Shown here piece after piece: positions 36,798 to 49,820 of a stretch of 64,000 nt of DNA. How positions within the stretch are numbered: position 1 is the first letter of the stretch; every line of letters begins with the position of its first letter. The position numbers were made by a program, and so were the translations under genes. The stretch is from NCBI GenBank assembly GCA_965153285.1, contig OZ229113.1, one strand, 5' to 3'. The notes below the pieces were generated by a model. That model was given only the letters and a program-made list of their open reading frames with translations, made no database searches and had not been told where the DNA came from. This DNA is from Podarcis tiliguerta (Eukaryota).

Positions 36798-39249
36798 TTC
36801 TTAGGCTTAGGGAAAGGGGAAGCAACACTGGGTGGGGCTTTTGCCCCTTTTATAAATGCTAAATGAGAACACTCACAAAAGCTCAACTCTTTTTAAGATG
36901 AACACAATAGATCTATGAGTCTGCCCAGTTTAGTTTCTCGTTTTTCTAGTTGCCGCATTTTTGCATCAGCTGATGATTCTTTTTTTAAAATGTCCTCACC
37001 AAAAAAGAAAAAGAAAAAAAAAGAAAAAAAGAATCACCAGCATTTTAGTGTGCATTTTTCTCCCAATTCACTCCCAATTTAGTATGGAATTTTGCCTCAT
37101 ATGCAAATTTTGCAAGCAATTTCCACTATTATCACATATTTGTCCAAATGGTGGAGAACTGCACTGGAAATTCAGAGAACTTTTATGAATCTCTGGTTCA
37201 TGTATTATTTGGGGAAGTTCAGATTAAATGGCCTGTGAAAGCTGAACTGAAGTTATAATCCATCCCTAGTCAACATATGGATGCTCATGCATTCCTAGTG
37301 TCAAGTCAGCTAAGAGAGCAGGGAGATGTATAAATGGACTGTGGGATGCTGTTTGAGCCCAAAACTATATTGCAGAATTCAGAGAAGTGTGAAAAACTTA
37401 AGGATATCTACATTCTAATCCAAATATCAGCCCTGAAGCTACAAATCAGATTGGTTCAGTTAAAAGTGTGGACCAAATAAAATCCTTGAGCATCTATATA
37501 TGGAACATGCCTTTATTTCTGTCTCTTTTTCTTCCTGCTGGATCGCCAGGGGAAATACACTATTGGTTGTGTGTGTGTGTTTTCAAACTTGCTTTTTCAT
37601 TATCATTAAGGTTTAGGATGTATTTGACCTTTGAACAACTCTGGAAAATATAATAATGATTTGAACATCTTTTTAATTCATCTCCATGCACAGTTTGTTC
37701 AAATGTCTTCTCTGGGATAAGGTATTAATCCCTCAGCACAATCCTCCAAAGTAATTCTCTTCCATTAAATCCAGTGCATACTACCACAGCCTTGCCATTG
37801 TGGCAAATACCAGCCTCATATTCTCAAGGCAGTGCCCAGAAGTAACAGGGCGCCTTTCAACAAAATTATCTTTAACAGCTCATGATCTATAGAAGCCTGA
37901 TGAGACACTGGGGAAGCAGAGAAAGAGAAATCTGGAGAGCAGGCCACAAAGGCAGGGAAAAGAGAGAAAAGAACAGAGGCAGTTTTGAAACACAGTCTAA
38001 TTCCACAAGGCTTTGTTTTCAGAGCTAATAAATTAACATGTTATACGTCCCTATCCTCAAAAGGTTGTGCTTTTGCAAACCCTCTTCTAATAACAGACCT
38101 GTGTTTTAGGAGACCAATAGACTACAACTGAGTGAGATTTAACTAGAAGCAGCTTGTGTGTGCAAACAGTTGAGGGCGGAAATGACTAGATGTTTAATGC
38201 TGAAATATATCATTTTGAGACTGGTATAAACGTATGAACAAAAATCCTGGTCAGGTTTCTTTAATCTCTCTGTTTAAGTAACAGATTGTAGGTAAGGGGT
38301 GACCTGTGACCAATTCTCTGCATTGAAGTTGTAGAGTGATTCCCCACCCCCACCCCATAGCAGAAATATAGGTAACATTAACTCATTTGTTGTCACAGTA
38401 TCTTCTGAGGGAAAGAAGAGTCACAGTTTTTGGAGGAGCTGAACATTAAATGGCTTTCCTGGGGCACTGGTGTCAATTTTAACCAGTCCAATATCTAATG
38501 GGGGGGGGGGACTCAACACAGAACAAATGACTGGAAGTAGTGCTAAGAGCACCATTGTTCTCATGTGCAACTCCCATTTATTCCAACAAGACTTACTCAA
38601 AAGGACATAAGAAATGTCCTGGCTCAGGCAGATCAGGCAACATTCTGGCAGGCCATTTGCTGGCCATCATAGCGATTTTGGCCCCGGTGGGGTTGGTGAT
38701 GATGCTCTCCTGCTCTTTCCCTTCAGCACTTGGCATCCTGAGATAATTAGGAGTGTTCAGTACTAGCCTTCCCCCTTATTTCAGTCAATATTTATTAGAA
38801 TTCTGTAACAAATAGCATTTGGATCAAAACAGCAATGATAAAAGCATAAGTAACAAGATCAAATTCATATTTTATCATTAAGACAACAGAATTTGTGAGA
38901 TATTCTTAGATTCATGTTTGTGGAGATGGGGGGTGAAGAGATGCTGTTGACATCTTATATAAATGGTATTATTTCAACAAATATATTTTAAGTTCTGGGG
39001 ACATTATTTTCCCCTCTGGATGACTTTCTGATTACCTAGCACCAGTCTAATGAGTTATCTTCAGTCATCACTTTTCTTTATTCTTAGCAGGTGTTCCTGT
39101 CAAGGCATTTTCTTACATTGCGTTATCTTAGAAACCATCCATAAACAAGAGCAAATGATTTAATGGTTTAGAAGTTATTGTGTGGCTTTATTCTCATGTA
39201 ACACCAATAAATATAAATTGTACCATGACATGTTAAAGTTCATAATACT

Positions 39250-39367
39250 ATCATAGAATTGTAGAATCGTAGAGTTGGAAGGGACCATGAGGGTCATCTA
39301 GTCCAGCCCCCTGCAATGCAGGAATCTCTTGCACAATATGGGGCTCAAACTCATGACCCTGAGATTA
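39250..39367 (-). mobile_element. tRNA-Lys/CR1-tail SINE, 5'-truncated
   Basis: Reverse complement reads TAATCTCAGGGTCATGAGTTTGAGCCCCATATTGTGC...ATTCCTGCATTGCAGGGGGCTGGACTAGATGACCC...TTCCAACTCTACGATTCTA. Confidence 0.8.
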
Positions 39368-39419
39368 CCAGCATGTGAGAACTGGTACTGATGTAATCAT
39401 AAAAAGGCACCAGGTGAGC

Positions 39420-39784
39420 TTTTCTTGGAAGGGCATTCGTGCTACTGCTGGGGTGCCACCACCAAGTAGGCCCTCTGCCTGGCAATCTTCTTACTTCAGT
39501 TGACAGTGTCACCCAGGGTATGGCATCTGGCCTGGTTCCCAGGGTTTGAATGTGGGTAATGGTAATTTTCAGGCATCTTTATCCCAACACACTAATTTGA
39601 TTTTAAAAATCAAAGCTAGCACTTTGAATTGGGCCTGGAAACAATCTAGAAGCTAGTGTAGCCGATAAAGCACTGTTGTGATATGATTAAATGGCCCAGG
39701 TGGATTGCCCATTCAGGGTTAGCAACCTTGCCATCCCACTATTTTCAAAGGCTGCCCCATGTACAATGCATTGCAATAGTCAGA
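39420..39784 (-). mobile_element. Old L2 fragment
   Basis: Diverged similarity to 42380-42725 (AGGCCCTCTG, CACTTTGAATTG, TTCAAAGG..GCCCCATGTA...GCATTGCA.TAGTC). Confidence 0.65.
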
Positions 39785-39924
39785 GAGGAAACACGTGGTA
39801 AAGGTGTACAAAACTATGCATGTGTTGATATGGTGAACAAAAAGACATTTTTCTCCCTCTCATGCTCCTGAATGATGGAAGATTCAGGAAAGAAAAAGTG
39901 CATAATTAAATAATGGGATCTTGG

Positions 39925-40392
39925 ACCATAAGACATGGTGATAGTCCCAACCCAGTTGGCTTTAAAAGGACATTAGATAAATTCACGGAGGATAAGGCCA
40001 TCAGTGGATATTAGTCATGATGTCTATATACTAGAATTTTGCTTAACGGTTGCCATTAATTTGATTTTAATTAATTTTTATAATGGAATGTTTTTAGAAT
40101 GTTGGATTATTTGATTGTTTGATTATTTAATTGTTGTTAGCCGCCCTGAGCCCGGCTTCAGCTGGGGAGGGCGGGATATAAATAACATTTATTATTATTT
40201 ATTATTATTATACGGCATCCAGCTTCACTGCCACCATGCCTCTGAATACTAGTTGCTTAGGAACAACAATGCACAGAGACCTATTGCCCTTATGCCTTGT
40301 CGATAGGCTTCCCATAGGTATGTGGTTTGCAAGTAGAAACAAAATGCTGGATTACATAGGCCTGTGGTCTGATCCAGCAAGGCCCTTACGTC
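39925..40392 (+). mobile_element. Old CR1 3' end split by an L2 tail insertion
   Basis: GGCTTTAAAAGGACATTAGATAAATTCACGGAGGATAAGGCCATC (GFKRTLDKFTEDKAI), then after the insert CTGAATACTAGTTGC...GGTCTGATCCAGCAAGGC. Confidence 0.7.
40035..40210 (+). mobile_element. L2-type 3' tail
   Basis: T-rich UTR, then TGTTAGCCGCCCTGAGCCC...GGGCGGGATATAAAT stem-loop and a (TTA)n-like tail. Confidence 0.75.
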
Positions 40393-42139
40393 TCCAGAAT
40401 CTGTGCTACAGGGGGTGGGGGTGGGGGACATTAATAGAGGAAATTTATAAATCTGGCTCTCATAGCATAGTCATACACACACAACTTGCAGTGTTATTGC
40501 TGTGCTGTGATGGATGGATTTATATAATAGTGTCAAAAACTCATATTGATTCATGAACGTTTTGCTACTTTTGCAATAACCAACCTCCACCTCACTTGCA
40601 ACTGGAAAAAAGTTTGTCATAGATTTTTATTTATATAAAATAGCATGCACAGAAACACACAATCACACATCAAATTTTGGTGGTGGTATTTGAAGAATGA
40701 ATGGGTATTCAAAGAACACATTCTCCGATGCTTTTCATAGCAACATAATATGAACACTGGCTGTTTCTATGATTTACAACGGGGGAGATTCAGTTTGCCT
40801 GAAAAACTGTTGTCTGGAATAAATATTATACTGGCTGTATGCGCTGCATAGAAGATAACCCAAGGTGAATAATGACCAGTGGAGTGTGATACAAGTTAAG
40901 TAGTGTAGCCTTTGTTTCTTTGCTTTCTTTTTGAAACTAGCCTCCATCCTTTTTATAGCACAAAATTTAGTATAACTATCTTTCCTGGGAATTTTATGTG
41001 GCTCAAATTTTTATGTCCCTTCTTAAAGAAAGAGAGAAGGAAATATTTTTTATCAGTATTAATTGAATACCATTAGCTTTAGCTGTCCAAGTGTGGCAAA
41101 TAGAGATATGCCAAAAGTTGTGGAAAATAATTCAGGCCGTCAGCAAATCACAGTGACTGCCAGTTTGCAGTTTGCAGACAATTTCTGGTACTGTCACATC
41201 TCTCTCTTCCGCTTGCTATTCACCATCTGAATGGAGTGCAACCTTAGCCATAAATTAAAGGAGTGTTTATGTGAGAGGTCCTGTGACTTGTGTCCGACTG
41301 CACCACATGTCGTAAAGCAACCTGTACCTTCCATAAAAGAACGAATTGCAAACAGGCGTATTTGAGAAAGGAATATAACCAAAGTGCTATTGGAAGTGAT
41401 AGAATGCTATTAATGAGCAGACTATTTTCCGGCTGAATTTTCTTCTCCACTTTAATTACCATTTGTTTGGTTTGTCCTCCTCAGGGCACCTGAGAAGTGT
41501 ATATATGACCATACACGCAAGGCCCTCTTTGCGAATGCAATTGCCAATAACTGTCTAAACATTTGCCCAAGCAAATGCAAGGTAACAGATGGGTAATGCA
41601 AGGTAACCTTGTTAGAAAGCCGAGAACCATTGCTGAAGCTCTAGAATAAGAAACACGCCTTCGCTCCTGAAGATCTTTAGCTGCCTCAGTCTTCTGAATG
41701 TTTGGATGATTGGCATCGCGTGAATAGGAGCCAGTTCACACATTACTATTGTTATTTCTTAGTGTTATTATTTTATTTTAATGCCAAAATAGGCTTCTAC
41801 GTGGTTTACAAAATAATAACAACCCAAGTTGCACAAACATTAAAATTTCAGCATCCATAATTAAAACAAACAGTAAAACAATACCATTAGAATTATACAG
41901 CAATTAAAAACAGAAGACCCTTAAAGGTCATGCTCTATACAGGTTGCTTTCTCTCTCTCTCCCTAGAATCACTTAAGTAATTAGAGGGTGACTATGATAA
42001 TGAAAAATCTACCCTTAGTCAGGGAGAGTTTTGAGTGAGCAGACTTGGGGGGGCTTTTCCAGGTGAGGCTTTTCTTGTGATCTCACCCTGCCTTTTCACT
42101 TACTTTTTCAGATGGGCCTGTTCTTAAATTGCTTCTGTC

Positions 42140-42188
<49 letters not shown>

Positions 42189-42920
42189 TAATAATAAAAA
42201 TAATATTTTTTTATTTATACCCCACCCATCTGGCTGAGTTTCCCCAGCCACTCTGGGCGGCTTCCAATCGAGTGTTAAAAACAATACAGCATTAAACATT
42301 AAAAACTTCCCTAAACAGGGCTGCCTTCAGATGTCTTTTAAAGATAAGATAGCTGCTTATTTCCTTCAAATCTAAAGGGTAGGCGCCACTACAGAGAAGG
42401 CCCTCTGTCTGGTTCCCTGTAACCTCACTTCTCACAATGAGGGAACCGCCAGAAGGCCCTCGGAGCTGAACCTCAGTGTCCGGGCAGAACGATGGGGGTG
42501 GAGACGCTCCTTCAGGTATACTGGACTGAGGCTGTTTAGGGCTTTGAAGGTCAGCACCAACACTTTGAATTGTGCTCGAGAAAGCCAATGCAGATCTCTC
42601 AGGACCAGTATTATGTGGTCCCAGCGGCCACTCCCAGTCACCAGTCTAGCTGCCGCATTCTGGATTAATTGCAGTTTCCGGGTCAGCTTCAAAGGTAGCC
42701 CCATGTAGAGCGCATTGCAGTAGTCCAAGCGGGAGATAACCAGAGCATGCACCACTCTGGCGAGACAGTCCGCAGGCAGGTACTAGATGGAGCTGGTAGA
42801 CAACTGCCCTGGACACAGAATTAACCTGCGCCTCCATGGACAGCTGTGAGTTCAAAATTACTCCCAGGCTGCGCACCTAGTCCTTCAGGGGCACAGTTAC
42901 CCCATCCAGGACCAGGGAGT
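42140..42920 (-). mobile_element. L2 LINE 3' fragment with expanded (TTA)n tail
   Basis: Peptides RSLGVILNSQLSMEAQV and VHALVISRLDYCNALYMGLPLKLTRKLQLIQNAAARLVTG...LRDLHWL...FKVLVLTFKALN are a typical L2 ORF2 C-terminus. Confidence 0.93.
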
Positions 42921-43345
42921 TGCCCACAGGGAGACTCCTTATAACACATGGAGTCCTTAAAACAAGATGTCATTCTTGAAATGGAGGCTGTCACAAATTA
43001 AAAAGACAATTTCCTCCCCCCAAAATCCTGAGGCTCAGCTTGGGGGGTGGGGAGCAGTGCACTCATTTGCCGCACACCGACTGCTGAGCCGCTGGTACTA
43101 TGCAATATTAAGAAAGCAGAAATAGATCTGAGTTGTTCCTATGCTTTTATTAAAGGAAGCTTGATCCAAAGCTGACTCTTCCTGATGACCTCACCTAGCT
43201 GGACAGAAGTTAGATCTTTCTACTCCAGAACTGGCTTGCCTTGTTGTGCTTGAGGTTGTACTCTGACAGAGAGATGGAGGAAAAGAAGTACCTCTATCCT
43301 CAACCATGGCAACAACAGCAGCTCCTAACATGGTGGGTGGGTGTG

Positions 43346-43348
<3 letters not shown>

Positions 43349-43412
<64 letters not shown>
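43349..43412. repeat. (AC)n microsatellite
   Basis: Directly visible. Confidence 0.97.
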
Positions 43413-43415
<3 letters not shown>

Positions 43416-45139
43416 TCAATTGTAGGTAGTACTCTAAGAAACATAATTGAGTTTACTTAGCCTACCAGAGGATAAAAACAGTTGCCTGCTGAAGTGATGT
43501 ACTGTACTAATATTCCAACTAGAAGTTACTGCTTCTGCTGCTTCTGCTGAGGATGACTACAGCTGAATCTACACAGATATAAAAAATGCTATGAAAGTGT
43601 TATGAAAAAAACGCTCTAAAAAGATATGTGCAATTTGCCATTGAGCTCTTCATCGCCACCTGGTGTCACATTTAATAACACACTTATAATGTCATAATTG
43701 CAACTATGTACAATAGCTGAGTCCCAGGTTGATCAACTTGCTTTTATATTTCACATGATCAAATTTATTTTCTGACTCCAAAAATGTTTAAGTCAGAACT
43801 GTTTAATTGGCTCTTTTGATTATATTGTGATTTGGCATTGTATTAATGTGGCCTCCATTGGATTGTTATTAATGAAAAATTAATTTAAAATATTTACAGG
43901 GGAAAAATATTTTCTGAGAATTTGCAGTGTCTATCAATTGTCAGCAGACATATAATGGGGGGCATTTGTACTGCTGGGGCATAGCTTGTGCTCATGGGTC
44001 TGAATTTGCTTTCTGAGAAATTCCAGCACTTCTCAATTGTGGGAATGAAGGTAGTGAGAGAGAGAAATGCATCCCTAAATAGGCTTGGGAAATCCTGGCA
44101 TCTGCTAAAGAAACACAAATTGGGAAGAGTGCCCTCATAGTTGAACAACCCCTAAATTATGCAGCTGTTCATTACCAGAATTATATATCTCATGCTGCCC
44201 TTTTGCAAGGGAAGGGAGCAGTGCATGGAGTGAACAATTGCTGAATTATAGTGCGATAAGGCAGACCTCCTAAAGTGTCACATGCATGCAGAGGAAGATA
44301 AGAAAGGGCAGCTTAAGTTCTTGGCATTTTAAAGAAGGCAATCAAGAGCCCCTTTGAATTCTCTGCTTCACTTCTCTGCACTTCATCTACATTTTGTGCC
44401 AGACTGACAAAGCACCCCATTCATGTGTCAGCAATCTCCTCTGTAGACGCAGGGGTGTTAATAGCAAGCTGACTCGGCAGATGCTGCTGTTTGAAAACAC
44501 AAATGCAGTGAGTTGCATGACCTTAATATTTGAGTAACGATTTGATGCTTCTTCTGGGCTAATGAAATACCAAGTCTGTGATGGTGGTGTGTGAGCCGGT
44601 CCCGTTGCTTGCACTGATTCTGAAAAAATATTAATAAGGAATCAGCTTCAGCCTTAGGTAGGCTGTTTAACCGGAGTTTCCTTTTCTGATGGCTGCTTCC
44701 CAGAACTGCAGAAGAGAAATATAAATATTTTACAAATTTTTGGGCCCAGTACATTATTCTAAGATTAATTAGGTATATTATGGGGGCAGGGAAAGGGCGA
44801 GAAGAAAGCTGTTGCCTGGAATGTGCTGCTGCTTCTTTTCTTGAAATGGAATTGCCCAACCGCAAGGGCATGATCCAGTCTTTCATGCATGTGCAGAGGT
44901 ATGCACAACATCTGTTTCCTGTGAAGCCTTTCCATATCCCCAGTGGTGGTTTGCAGGGTGTACTGCCAATAGGCTGTGTATGCTACAAGATACCCAGGCA
45001 TGATCAATAGCCCTTCTGCACCTCATTGAGGTCTGCAGCAGCCTTGTATGCTCCCGCTCCCAACCTCTGCCAGCGGAAGGACATCAAAGAGGGAGCCATG
45101 GGGGGGGGTCTTTGCAGAGTAGGAGCATTAGCACTAGAG

Positions 45140-45441
45140 CAGGGGTCAGCAAGGTTTACCTTGCCTAGGCCAGTTCACTCCAGCAGAGATCTCTCTGTGG
45201 GCTGGATTGTGTGTGCATGCGTGGGATTTACAGCGTCAGTGTAGATGCAATTTTCAGTGTCTGTGTCTGCGCACAGATTTCTGGTGCCACAGAAGTGAGT
45301 CCCCGTGCTGCGCTGTGCTGGTTTAGTGTAGCGCATGGGGACTTGCTGAGCAGGTGGCTCGGTTGGGGGGCAGCTCATGGGCCAGTTAAACAACTCCCGT
45401 GGGCCGCTTGTGGCCCATGGGCCTTAGGTTGCCGATCCTTG
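45140..45441. mobile_element. hAT-Charlie-like MITE
   Basis: TSD CACTAGAG on both sides; TIR CAGGGGTCAGCAA / TTGCCGATCCTTG; paralogue at 60738. Confidence 0.9.
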
Positions 45442-46921
45442 CACTAGAGCAAGGGGACTTCCCTGCATTTTCCCTTCCATCCCTCTTCCCATGTCATCCC
45501 CAAATCTGCTCTGGGTGGTTGGGGAACTCTCAGAATAGAGTTGCGGAGTTCAGGGGGGAAAGAAGATAGCATCCAATTGTGCATGAAAAATCCTTGCTCC
45601 AACAGAGTGTTCCCATTTGCACTACGTTGAATTCAACCCTTCTGGCCTTCCTTCTTGCATGTACAGTTTTGGATTTGGTAGCCATTCTGCTGGGGCAGCA
45701 GTGCTGCCTTTTCCTCTTTCTGCAACATAACTAGAGTATAGAACAACTTTGTCTTCTTCTCCTCCTTCCTGTAATAACTGGTGTGTGGTGCTCCCCACCG
45801 CCTCTGACCCCCCTTTTATACTAATATGTAAGCTGCTCAGAGAGCCTTTTCAGCTGAAGAATGGGGTAAAAATTCTTGAAATAAATATATGCTGCCCCTG
45901 AGCTTTAATTTCAAAGCATGGATTATAACCTAAAAGGAAACAATGCCTATTTCATCCACACTTATTCAGCAACCCTCTTCCTAGTACTCTACTCTATTTC
46001 CTGTTTTATATAATGTAACAAAGGTCTGTCTACTGAATAGCTTGACTAGATGCACACTTCAATGTAGCTGCCCCAGGAAACAACCCAATGTGATATTTTG
46101 GAAGGATTCTGTTTCGAGACGCAGATGATGAAATGAGGAACATGTAGGGGGAGCTTACTCAACATGTCTCAAAGAAAGTCACCGACTACTGCGATTTTGA
46201 GTAGCCATAGTCACTCCCCTGTCTCAGGGAAAATACATATTTTCTATCTGCGCAGTCATGGGAAGAGCAACTATTGAATTTGTTCTTTCCTGAGCCCCAT
46301 GATCTACCTGTTGTTGGAGTATTTTTCAAAAAGTTTGAAAAGAGCCCAATATATATTTTGAGGCTGTTGTCAGAATAAGCGTGCGGCGGATAAATGTGAA
46401 TGCAGGCACAGTATGAATTCCTTAAATACTTGTTTGAAATCCAAGGCTTGCTGGAAAACGGAATTGACTCTATGGCTGCTGCTTTCTTTTAAATACAGCA
46501 AACGTGTTTAACATCTCTCCACAAATACACACCTAGACAAACGAGATCTGCTGTTCCCTTTGTAGGTGGACACAGACCTTAAGCTATTTCAAAGCAGGAA
46601 TTTAGGCATCATCCTCGGATTTACCTGCATAAAGGGTGGCTGAGAAATTTCCTAGGGTAAACTGGAAGGGCTTACTAACAATTTAGTAGTGTCTGAGAGC
46701 TTGACCCCCTGTCCCTGCCCCACAGGGCCAGTTCTCATTTTGCATTGCTCCCTTAGGTGTTCACACCCAAGAACACTGCAGGGGTTGTGTGCAAATGCCT
46801 CCAGAGAAGTGTGATATCCCTAGCCAATCTCTTTGGACTCCTCTTACATTATTTGAGGGTTCTGCCTAAGGAGGAACTAAAAAATTATACTTGAATTTTG
46901 GTTTAGGTTGCAACTGCATTG

Positions 46922-46923
<2 letters not shown>

Positions 46924-46962
<39 letters not shown>

Positions 46963-46997
46963 CTCGCCCATCTGGCTAGGTTTCCCCAGCCAGTCTG
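46924..46997 (-). mobile_element. Very short L2 tail with (TAA)n microsatellite
   Basis: CCCATCTGGCTAGGTTTCCCCAGCCA matches the L2 tail at ~42225-42250. Confidence 0.8.
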
Positions 46998-47817
46998 CAA
47001 CCTTTTTCTCACAAAAGGCATGTGTGTGTGTCTGTGTAATATTTGGTACATAAACCTTTTAAATCCCCACAAGTGGCAACTGGGGCCCTTTGAAGGGACG
47101 CTTCCATATTTTATATGAATGTCTTCTTTCAAATGACAAAAGTAGCACGTATTGGCTCACCCTCTACTTAAAAATGATTAAGTAGCTTATAATTCTGGAC
47201 TATTCACTGTTTATTGTGACAAAACTTCCTCTCCTCACCCCCCAGTCCCATCTCTTTTATCATTTCAGAGTTTTGTTCAGGCAACGAGAACAAAACAGAG
47301 TATCTTCACTGTGCATGGTACCTTTTGTGAAAACTGCCTGATCCCCCACGAGCCTGGGATGCCTGGGGGCTCCCAGCCCATAATTTCTAACACACTTATC
47401 TCTGTGTTTGCTTTATGTGGCGTAAGATGAGTCAAAGTCAGGCCTGTGTGCTTTAGATAACTCCTTTTTAAATACCAGAGAAGGGAAAACCTCTGATTTG
47501 GCCTCAAATTGTCAACTGCAAATAGAGAGCTATGTTTATACTCCCTCTTATTGGACGTCCGCTCGCTCTGTCTCTTGCTACGTCTTCAGTTTCATAGCTC
47601 AAACTTCAGCATTGCCTGACAGCTGAGGTTTCGTTAAGTAGATTTTAAAGCTCACTTAGTATTGTTTTGCTTGGCCGTAGTCTTCTTTTACATAAACAAA
47701 GCTAATGATTAACGTCAAATAGCTAAAAGTGAATATACCTGAAAGGCATCAGCTTCCCACCCCCACCCCCTGCCACCATAAATTAGCTTTTTGTAGCAGC
47801 TGTTTTTGCTGCAGTTC

Positions 47818-47857
<40 letters not shown>

Positions 47858-47912
47858 CTTGGCCCTTTGCCTTGTTTGTAAATATCCAATATGTTCAAGC
47901 ATCTCTGGTGGG

Positions 47913-47931
47913 CAGTGCCCTCTGCTGCAGG
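47913..47931 (-). promoter_or_regulatory. Candidate CTCF motif
   Basis: Minus strand CTGCAGCAGAGGGCACTG is close to the consensus CCASYAGRKGGCRC. Motif match only. Confidence 0.35.
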
Positions 47932-48534
47932 ACCCGCTGAGCAGGCGCTTGTGCTGGCTGATGCCTCCAGCTTCCTTAATCAGTTATGGCGTTTGAGCAG
48001 CATGAAGCCACCAGCGCTTCCCACATCCGTCTTTCCCCCCTGTACTTAATTTGAAATCCCACAAGCAGCTGCCGCTATTTCCAAAGCCACAACAGTGTCT
48101 TTCTCAAGTATTAACCTTCTTACTATATTGCAATTAACTGTTGACTGAATACTAGGTGCAGAAACGAGGACACAGAACTTAAACATTTGGGCAAGGAACT
48201 ATTGTAAGAAGGTTCACAGTGGAAGCCCTTATGATCACAACTTTATAAATCTCTTTTACTTGGCTTTAGATGCATAGTGAGATGCCCACAACTGTTAGGA
48301 ATCATAATTAATGGCTTTGAAATAATGCTTTCTGAGTTTCCAAAGCACACCACATTCCTTATCTCCTTCGTCCTTTCTTCTCTGCAAAGTTGGACAGTAT
48401 TATTATACCCATAATTCAGATGGAGACATCACAGAGACGGACAGATCATGATTTGCCTAAGGCAAGCTAGTGAATTTTTGGGAGAAGCAGGGCTTGGAGG
48501 CTTCTCGTAGTTATATAGGATGTAGCTGAATAGC

Positions 48535-49820
48535 AAGGTCATACCTTGATTTTCCAGGGACAGTCTCAGAATTACAAGAGTCACCCTGGTTTCTCATTTG
48601 AGACAAGAATGTCCCTATTTGCCCTGCCAGTGCCAGGCTTGGGGAGGAGGATGAACCGGCGCTTGTCCCAAGCAGCTGCAGTGGTGGCTGCTAGGGAGCA
48701 CCCCATGTTCTCTCCATGATGGCCGCTGCCAGCCTCCTCCCTTGGGCAGCATGTGGTAGCTGCTGGAGAATGGGCAAGGAGGAGGAGGAGGGGCTGCTGC
48801 TATTGAGGTCCAGCCCCACATGACACGCCGGCTTTGAGGGGAAGACAGAGGGCAGGGCTGCTCTGTGCAGGAAAAAGGGGGAGTGGAATGCATGGAGTCA
48901 TGAGGTGTGTTTTTTTTTTAAAAAAAAAGATGCTTTGTGTATCCATGTCTAATCTTGCCCCTTTCTAAAATTCATTTATTGGTGTGTGTTTTTCATTTTG
49001 TAAACCTACCAAAGAATCAAATCAAATCAGATCTGGATTAAGGGATTTTCTCAGGAGAGTGGGGGGCATGTGTGTTGTGTCCTATGGGTGCAGACCCTCC
49101 ACGTGTCTCTATTTTCCATGACACCCCAGATTTACAGAAGCCATCCCAGTTTCTGATTTGATACCAGAATGTAGCAGATGTGCCTATTTTCATTGGAGAA
49201 ATGTTGGAGGATATGGAGTTATCTGACTCCTGAGCAATCTGAAGGCAGCCCTGTGTAGGGAAGTTTTTAATGCTTAATGTTTCAGTATGTTTTTATATCA
49301 TCATCATCATCATCATCATTTTTTATTTGTATGCCGCCTTTCCACAGTTAAAAAAACAATGCTCAAGGCAGCTTACAGCATAACAAGATTTACATAATTA
49401 CAAAAGTCATAAACAATAAATAAACCACACCAAAAAAAATACACAACCAAATGGGAAACAATTTCCACATAAATCAAAATCTAAAACTAAGAATACACCA
49501 TTCATATCAGAGTTTAAAATGACATAGGTAAAAAACAAAACAAAATATATGTTGGAAGCTGCCCAGAGTGGCAACCCAGTCAGATGGGTGAGGTATAAGT
49601 AGTAAAATTCTTAATCTTATTATGGAATAGAATCTCCCTATTTTCAGCAGAGAAATGTTGGAAGGTATGTTGGTGTCGTGATGGTGCGACTTGCCCTTCC
49701 TCTGATAGGAAATGCTCTGCAGGTGGGGTGGGGGACAAAAATGGGGCTCAAGGAGGATTAGTTGCAGGGGGGGGGGGTGAGAAATGTCCCTATTTTCATC
49801 TGAGGAATGTTGGAGGATAT
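48535..49820. mobile_element. Composite repeat cluster (probable DNA-transposon ends plus nested L2-type tails)
   Basis: CCTATTTTCA.....G.AATGTTGGA.G.TAT occurs three times (~49183, ~49637, ~49788). A plus-strand L2 tail (~49235-49622) is interrupted by a minus-strand tail with (TCA)n (~49297-49545). Confidence 0.6.

Noticed and set aside
41485-41581. Protein-coding exon
   Set aside because: The peptide APEKCIYDHTRKALFANAIANNCLNICPSKCK is unrecognised and no partner exons were found; kept only as a note under the CNE candidate.
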